This document shows, piece by piece, positions 58,207 to 64,000 of a DNA stretch of 64,000 nucleotides. The notes under the pieces were generated by a model. That model saw only the letters and a program-made list of their open reading frames with translations, was not told where the DNA came from and did no database searches. Position 1 is the first letter of the stretch; every line of letters begins with the position of its first letter. A program made the translations under genes and the position numbers. Source of the DNA: an uncultured delta proteobacterium (GTDB taxonomy: Bacteria > Desulfobacterota > RBG-13-43-22); the NCBI GenBank assembly GCA_963802945.1, contig CAWDKY010000053.1, positions 1-64,000 on the forward strand, in the 5' to 3' direction.

Positions 58207-58949
58207 ATATTTTGGAGACTAAGGGGTTATACCATGATTTCAGCGGACTGGAAGTCCTGTTCGATATCAATCTGGAAGTCAAGGAAGGTGAACGCCTGGC
58301 CCTCATCGGACCTAACGGAGCCGGGAAAACCACATTGTTCAATGTGATCACCGGTAATTACTGTCCCTCAAAAGGACAGGTATTATTTAAGGGGAAAAAC
58401 GTCACCGGGGCCAAACCTCACCAGTTGGCCCGTATAGGCCTGGGGCGATCCTTCCAGATTACCAGCACCTTTTCCAAATTGACCGCTTTCCAGAACATCC
58501 GGCAGGCCATTCTCTCCAAAAGAGGAATACGTTTTCAGATGTTGCGCTTATTGGACAGGATGCAGGACATCACAAGGGAAACCGAAGAGGTCTTGAAAAG
58601 GATCAACCTGGACGGACAAAGGGATATCCCCGCCGGAATGCTCTCTTATGGGAAACATCGTTCCCTGGAAATCAGTATGGCTTTAGCCGGCGATCCTGAC
58701 CTGATCATGCTGGACGAACCCACAGCCGGCATGTCTCGGGACGAAACGCATACGGCCGTAGAGTTGATTCGAAGACTCACAGAAGGCAAAACCGTGGTCA
58801 TCATAGAGCATGATATGGATGTGGTTTTCTCGTTGGCAGACCGCATCACCGTCCTGCATTATGGAGAGATTCTGGCCACCGGTACTCCGGCGGAGATCCG
58901 GGAAAATCAGGCTGTGAAGGATGCCTACCTAGGAGAATTGGAATACTAA
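58203..58949 (+). CDS. LivG-like ABC ATPase
   Basis: GPNGAGKTT, GRSFQ, LSYG, LDEPTAG, IEHDM. Confidence 0.93.
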   Translation: MNILETKGLYHDFSGLEVLFDINLEVKEGERLALIGPNGAGKTTLFNVITGNYCPSKGQVLFKGKNVTGAKPHQLARIGLGRSFQITSTFSKLTAFQNIRQAILSKRGIRFQMLRLLDRMQDITRETEEVLKRINLDGQRDIPAGMLSYGKHRSLEISMALAGDPDLIMLDEPTAGMSRDETHTAVELIRRLTEGKTVVIIEHDMDVVFSLADRITVLHYGEILATGTPAEIRENQAVKDAYLGELEY

Positions 58950-59036
58950 ACCTCAATCCGAATCTTAACAGAATTAAAACCAAGGCCTTAAGGATTTTGT
59001 GATTCGAAATTTGAAATTTTACCTTCGGAGTATTCT

Positions 59037-59756
59037 ATGATGCTATTGGAAGTCAATGACTTAAATACCTTCTACGGCACGAGCCATGTTTTGCAGGGAA
59101 TTTCCTTAGAAGTGAATCAAGGGGAGTTAGTCGCCCTCTTAGGCCGGAACGGCATGGGAAAAAGCACCACCCTGAAAAGTATCATGGGAGTGGTCAAGCC
59201 AAAATCAGGATCGGTCGTCTTTAAGGGAAAAGAAATTTTCGGGTATCCCTCTTTCAAGGTGGCCAGAGTCGGAATCGGTTATGTTCCCGAAGAAAGGCGT
59301 ATCTTTCCCAACCTTTCCGTTCGTGAAAACCTATTAATGGGAATCAAGGGCGGGAAAATAAAAAACCCTGCTGATCCCAATGTCTGGACCGTAGAACGCA
59401 TCTTCCAGCATTTTCCCATGCTGGAAAAAAGGACCCGCCAGAAAGGAAAATTCCTGTCCGGCGGCGAGCAGCAGATGTTGACCATCGGCCGCTCGTTGAT
59501 GGGTAATCCCGACCTCCTGCTGGTGGACGAGCCCACTGAAGGTCTGTCTCCAATCATGGTCAAAGAGGTCCGGGATGTTTTGGAGGAGATCAACAAAGCA
59601 GGTGTTTCCATTCTTCTGGTTGAGCACAATCTTAAGGTGGCTATGTCTTTGGCCGACCGCATCTATTTGATGGGCAAGGCCCATATCGGCTTTAACGGTA
59701 CTAAAGAAGATCTAAACGCCAACCCCCAGGCTCGCGAGAAATATCTGGAAGTCTAA
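59037..59756 (+). CDS. LivF-like ABC ATPase
   Basis: GRNGMGKST, LSGGEQQML, VDEPTEGL. Confidence 0.93.
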   Translation: MMLLEVNDLNTFYGTSHVLQGISLEVNQGELVALLGRNGMGKSTTLKSIMGVVKPKSGSVVFKGKEIFGYPSFKVARVGIGYVPEERRIFPNLSVRENLLMGIKGGKIKNPADPNVWTVERIFQHFPMLEKRTRQKGKFLSGGEQQMLTIGRSLMGNPDLLLVDEPTEGLSPIMVKEVRDVLEEINKAGVSILLVEHNLKVAMSLADRIYLMGKAHIGFNGTKEDLNANPQAREKYLEV

Positions 59757-59774
59757 AAAATTCTGGAAGTTTAT

Positions 59775-60239
59775 TTAATTTTCGTGAACGAGTCCACTGG
59801 CTTTACCGAAAAGGACCTTGTCTCCATGTTGATTTTCGCACCATACATCTAAAAGCAATCTTAACGCCTTCCCTTCAATTTTCTTTTCCCGAACTATTCC
59901 TTTGGTGACTATCTCATCTTCCGGCCAGACTGGTTGAACAATAACCACAGAGAGTGTTCCTCCAAGGTACCCTTTACCAAAAAATTTGATCAGCATTTCT
60001 CCAATATATTCCATTAGCTGGCTAGCAAACACCATTGGTTTATCAACCCCCCAGCTCTGGGCTATCTCGTAGTCGTTGTGCCAATTCTTTTTGCGAGGCC
60101 ATTGGCTTCGATACAGGCGTATTTTATCTAAAGTAACTTTTTTGAATATTGACTCTAACTCAAATCCGACCTCTATTCTCTTACTGGCAACGATTTTCAT
60201 CGCTCTGAATGCTGTGGGGTCAACCGGTTTGATGTTCAT
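59775..60239 (-). CDS. MaoC/hot-dog-fold dehydratase
   Basis: NWHND.EIA..G..PMV, LIKFFG, PVWPED, LDVWCENQHGDKVL.G.A. Confidence 0.82.
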   Translation of the reverse strand: MNIKPVDPTAFRAMKIVASKRIEVGFELESIFKKVTLDKIRLYRSQWPRKKNWHNDYEIAQSWGVDKPMVFASQLMEYIGEMLIKFFGKGYLGGTLSVVIVQPVWPEDEIVTKGIVREKKIEGKALRLLLDVWCENQHGDKVLFGKASGLVHEN

Positions 60240-60249
60240 ATCGTGCTCC

Positions 60250-60726
60250 TTAGTCAGATTCCTTTTCCATCCGAGCGACTAAAGGAAAAGCATGCGTTGT
60301 CCTCATACGAACGACCTCTGTCTCCTCTTCATCAACAACCAGGAATTCAAATGAAATATGGTCCCTGCCTCTTTTGGCGGTCTTATCTATTACCCTTCCG
60401 GTTATTTTAATCTTTTTACCCACCCTCAGAGGACTTAGAAATTCAAATTCCTGTTTGGCCCAAACGCCTTTGCCCTCAGGTAGAATAAAATGATTCCAAA
60501 TCATGATGTCCGTGTCGTACGAAAGGAATGTCGGCGGGGCGATACGACCACCAAAGGGCGAATCCTTCATATACCAAGGGTTGTAATCGTCGTTGGCCCA
60601 AGCATGCCTTTCAACCATCTCTTTGGTAACAATCATCTCGACCGGCTTAATTTCGTGCCCGATTCCAGCGTTGAATAAGTCGTGTCTGCCGGCCATTCTT
60701 AGCTTTGGTTCCATCATGACCTCCAA
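60250..60726 (-). CDS. MaoC/hot-dog-fold dehydratase subunit
   Basis: DDYNPWY..SPFGGRIAPPT, QEFEFLSPLRVG, KRGRD. Confidence 0.85.
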   Translation of the reverse strand: MEVMMEPKLRMAGRHDLFNAGIGHEIKPVEMIVTKEMVERHAWANDDYNPWYMKDSPFGGRIAPPTFLSYDTDIMIWNHFILPEGKGVWAKQEFEFLSPLRVGKKIKITGRVIDKTAKRGRDHISFEFLVVDEEETEVVRMRTTHAFPLVARMEKESD

Positions 60727-60944
60727 AATAATAATAAATGTTCGGCGCCTTAAACAGGGATAGCGAGCGCCTTCCTGGGTCTGCCTAAGTGGGCAGCATG
60801 TACCGGTACAAGAGAGTTTAGCGGGTTAACTTCAAACTATAGACCTATTCCTTGTATAGAAGATTCCCTACACCGACTCGACTGAGCAACTCGACCTGAG
60901 CTCGTCGAGGGTCTCGCCGAATTCCTGGTGCAAGGAGATCCAAT

Positions 60945-62366
60945 TCATCCTGAAGAAACCCGGGCCTGCCAACTGAAGGTAGCGGACACAGCCCTGGCCG
61001 CCCTTTCAAAGGAAGGAAAAGCAGGCAGGCCGGCGATGGTCAGGGCCTTCATGGCCTCCCCGGCAGTAGCGGCATAGGGGGGAACCAGATAAATAGGAAG
61101 TCGGAGCCGGTCTCTTAATTCGCTCAGGGCTTCGATTAAGGATGGCAGCGTATCCTGGACGACGAAAGGCATATAGGACATCATAACAACCGCGTCTACC
61201 TCTTCGGCGATCAGCTCAATGCTCCTGGTGCAGATGGTCAGGGCCGTTTCTCTGGGAAGCCATACCAGGTCAAGGGGGTTGCTGGTGCCGGAGAAAGGAG
61301 GAAGGTAGTCCTTTAAAAAATCCGTCAGGCGAGTTCTCAATCCTGGACTGAATGAGTTCACTTCCAGTCCTAACCGCTCACAGGCATCGGCCGTGGATAT
61401 CCCTCCCCCTCCGGCCTCAGCCATGATGCCCACCCTTTTCCCTTTGGGGAATGGAGGAGCGGAAAAGGCCACGGCCAGATCGACCAGGTCTTCGAATCCT
61501 TCGGCTGCAATGATACCCGCGCTTCGGGCTGCCCCAATCCAGACTCCACGATTTCCGGCGATGGACCCGGAATGAGACAGGGCGGCCCGCGCTCCGGCCT
61601 GACTGAATCCGGATTTCCAGATAATGACCGGCTTTGTGCGCCCTATTTTGGATGCCAGGCTCAGCATTTCCCTTCCCCGGGACAGGCCTTCAATATAGGC
61701 ACAGATGATTTTGGTTGCAGGATCGCTGCCGAAGTAAGAAAGAAAATCAAAAAAATTCAGGTCGGCCTGATTCCCACTGCTGATGATGGTGCTGAATCTG
61801 AGTCCCCTGGCATTTCCTCCGACTACAAAATGTTCTGTGGCCCAACCGCTTTGTCCGGAGAAGGCAATCCCTCCCGGTAGAGCATCCGATTTCTCGATTT
61901 CAACGATGGTATTCAGCCTGGACTCCGGGCAAAAAAGACCCATGCAGTTCGGTCCGACCAGATGCATTCCATGATCGTGCGCAAACTTGACCAACCTTTC
62001 CTGCAATTGCCTGCCCTCTTCCCCTAATTCGGCAAATCCGGCGGCATGAATAACGACAAACTTGACCCCTTTTTGAGCGCATTCGATCAGCAGACCTTCT
62101 ATCGCCGCCGCAGGAAGGGCGGCAATGGCCAGATCAATGGGTTCATCGATTTCGGTCAGGGAAGGGTAACAGGGAATCCCGTCTAATTCAGTGCAGCTTC
62201 GGCTGACAGGGTATTTTTTCCCTGGAAAACCCTGGGCCTGAATTTTCCACCAGATAAACCCGCCTCCCCGGCCCGGATCCCGGGAAATGCCGATGACCGC
62301 CAAAGAGCGCGGCCTGAAAAGCAGATCAAGGTCCGGGGCTTCACTAAACCGTTCTTCTGTTTTCAA
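60945..62366 (-). CDS. ADP-forming acyl-CoA synthetase, alpha subunit
   Basis: FRPRSLAVIG, LVGPNCMG, QSG, SSGNQAD, SHSGSIAG, SNPLDL; no ATP-grasp domain. Confidence 0.9.
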   Translation of the reverse strand: MKTEERFSEAPDLDLLFRPRSLAVIGISRDPGRGGGFIWWKIQAQGFPGKKYPVSRSCTELDGIPCYPSLTEIDEPIDLAIAALPAAAIEGLLIECAQKGVKFVVIHAAGFAELGEEGRQLQERLVKFAHDHGMHLVGPNCMGLFCPESRLNTIVEIEKSDALPGGIAFSGQSGWATEHFVVGGNARGLRFSTIISSGNQADLNFFDFLSYFGSDPATKIICAYIEGLSRGREMLSLASKIGRTKPVIIWKSGFSQAGARAALSHSGSIAGNRGVWIGAARSAGIIAAEGFEDLVDLAVAFSAPPFPKGKRVGIMAEAGGGGISTADACERLGLEVNSFSPGLRTRLTDFLKDYLPPFSGTSNPLDLVWLPRETALTICTRSIELIAEEVDAVVMMSYMPFVVQDTLPSLIEALSELRDRLRLPIYLVPPYAATAGEAMKALTIAGLPAFPSFERAARAVSATFSWQARVSSG

Positions 62367-62565
62367 GGTTTCTCCTTATAAAATAAAAAAGTTCGGAGTT
62401 TGGAGTTCAGAGTTCGGAGAACCCCAATTTTGAGCTTTGTGACGCTCCAAAGGAGCGTGAGGGCTTAATACCAAGTTGTATTCCAAGGATTCAAGGGTTT
62501 TATCTTTCAGGCCTTTCACTTGAACCCTCCTAAGCTCGTCGCAGGCCCTTGGCCCCTTGAATTCT

Positions 62566-63132
62566 TTAAGAGATTATTTTGAGAATATCGGGCTCCTTAC
62601 GTTCGGGCATGGGAGGTATCATTTTAGGATAGCCCAGAATAATAGGGGCCCACATCCGATACCCTTCGGGCAGACCGATTTCCTTCAACAGTTCGGGATC
62701 TCTGGCTTCCGCTCCCTGAGCAATCCAGCAGGTGCCTAATCCTTTGGAAGCGGCCGAGAGCATAAAATAAGCAGCCAGGAGACCGCAGTCCTGGGCAATG
62801 GTTGCACCCTTGATCGGACCAACGATGATCACCAGGCAGGGGGCGTTGTAGAAGGCGTTAAAATCTTCCTTCTTTAGAATTTCCAGATACCCCTTCATGG
62901 GTGAATTGGGATCTTTTTCAATCCCGGCGATAATGACTTTTTTGCTGGCATCGGATAACTTTCTCATCATGGCCTTATTATTGACCACGATGAATTTCCA
63001 CGGTTGCCGGTTACCGGCGTTGGGGGCCTTGATGCTTTCCTGAATAATGGCCTTAATCACATCTAAAGAAACTGCTTTATCCTCGAAATCCCGAATAGCA
63101 CGTCGTTTTTCAAGAAGTTCGGTAAAATCCAT
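62566..63132 (-). CDS. nitroreductase family protein
   Basis: KRRAIRDF, APNAGNRQPWKF, GLGTCWI, IILGYP. Confidence 0.93.
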   Translation of the reverse strand: MDFTELLEKRRAIRDFEDKAVSLDVIKAIIQESIKAPNAGNRQPWKFIVVNNKAMMRKLSDASKKVIIAGIEKDPNSPMKGYLEILKKEDFNAFYNAPCLVIIVGPIKGATIAQDCGLLAAYFMLSAASKGLGTCWIAQGAEARDPELLKEIGLPEGYRMWAPIILGYPKMIPPMPERKEPDILKIIS

Positions 63133-63531
63133 GCAAATTCCCCTTTCTTTTTTCTAATGTAGAAGGGAAGTATAAAACAGGGAGGTAGGATGGTCAAGGA
63201 GAAATGTCTCAGGCCCCCTTCACTTTCCCTCAACTATTTATAGAATACCCTTTTCAAATCAAGGAGCGATAGGGGTCTTTTTCGGGGTTGCCAACCCACA
63301 GACTCAGGGCAACTTTTCAGGGATAAAATTTTGAAACATGGTTTAAAACCAGGCCGATAAAAAAACTCACTGAAATCAGGGGAGACTATCTTTTTTTCGA
63401 TTAACATGAATATTAGGGCCGGTATTGGGCAGCAAGCTACCTTTTGGACAACCCCGAAAAAGAACCCTATCGCTCCCAAGGAAACTGACCTGGCCATTAA
63501 ATCTGCTAAAAGTGAAGGGGGTAAAAATGTC

Positions 63532-64000
63532 TCAGGTCGTCAGCATGCGGTAAATGCGGGTGATTTTTTCCGGAAGTTTGCTCACCTCATCAATGACGGT
63601 CCAACTGCTGTGACTGTACATCCTGGGCAGGTATTCGGCGGCGGTCAGGTCCACAGTGATGCAGAAGGTCTTGATGCCAAAATGCCGGGCCTCTTTCAAT
63701 GCCAGCCGGGTATCTTCGATGGCGTAGGTGCCGGAATACTCCTTGTCCACCGGTTTGCCGTCGCTGAGTAGTATAAGCATCTTGGTCCGCTCCGCCCTCA
63801 TCCTCAGTTTGCTGATGGTGTGGCGGATCGCCGCTCCGTCTCTGTTTTCGAAGCGGTCCGCGATGGCCGAGATCCTTTTTTTCACCTGCTGGTCATAGGG
63901 ATCATCAAAGTCCTTGATCCGATAAAAGTCCACGTTGTCGCGGTTGTCTCCTGAAAATCCAAAGACGGCGAAGACATCCCCCACCTCGTTAAGGGCCTCG
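63532..64000 (-). CDS. NorD/CbbO-like vWA-domain protein, C-terminal part
   Basis: FGFS, IKDFD, NRDGAAIRH, LILLSDGKP.D..Y.G.YAIEDTR, FCITVD; 5' end lies beyond the window. Confidence 0.88.
   Translation of the reverse strand, partial: EALNEVGDVFAVFGFSGDNRDNVDFYRIKDFDDPYDQQVKKRISAIADRFENRDGAAIRHTISKLRMRAERTKMLILLSDGKPVDKEYSGTYAIEDTRLALKEARHFGIKTFCITVDLTAAEYLPRMYSHSSWTVIDEVSKLPEKITRIYRMLTT

Overview
64 kb of a bacterial chromosome, most likely an anaerobic Desulfobacterota (deltaproteobacterial) genome, judged from qrcABCD, ADP-forming acyl-CoA synthetases, iron-sulfur flavoproteins and the repeat families. 1-31.8 kb is mostly core genes: rpsA-cmk-hisC, an HU/IHF gene followed directly by a large Alu-domain SRP RNA, pilMNOPQ plus two exported proteins, a HAD phosphatase, Pat, qrcABCD, a Tat-exported phosphotriesterase-like protein, mnmA and mtaB. 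Several of these (including the essential rpsA) carry frameshifts that look like assembly indels. A short lipoprotein ORF at 12.5-12.9 kb reads through an in-frame UGA followed by a SECIS-like hairpin and is a candidate selenoprotein. 31.8-41 kb is a decaying integron-type cassette array with attC sites but no integrase in the window. It carries barnase/barstar, a RelE/HTH toxin-antitoxin pair and a TIR-like protein, and is invaded by a Y1-transposase-derived MITE fused to attC halves. 41-64 kb holds acyl-CoA/organic-acid catabolic genes, larA, an IS110/IS1380-flanked island with a TonB-dependent receptor, a Liv-type ABC transporter and the end of a NorD/CbbO-like vWA gene. Intergenic regions contain several nested palindromic repeat/MITE families. 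Product calls come from motif recognition only; no database search was run.
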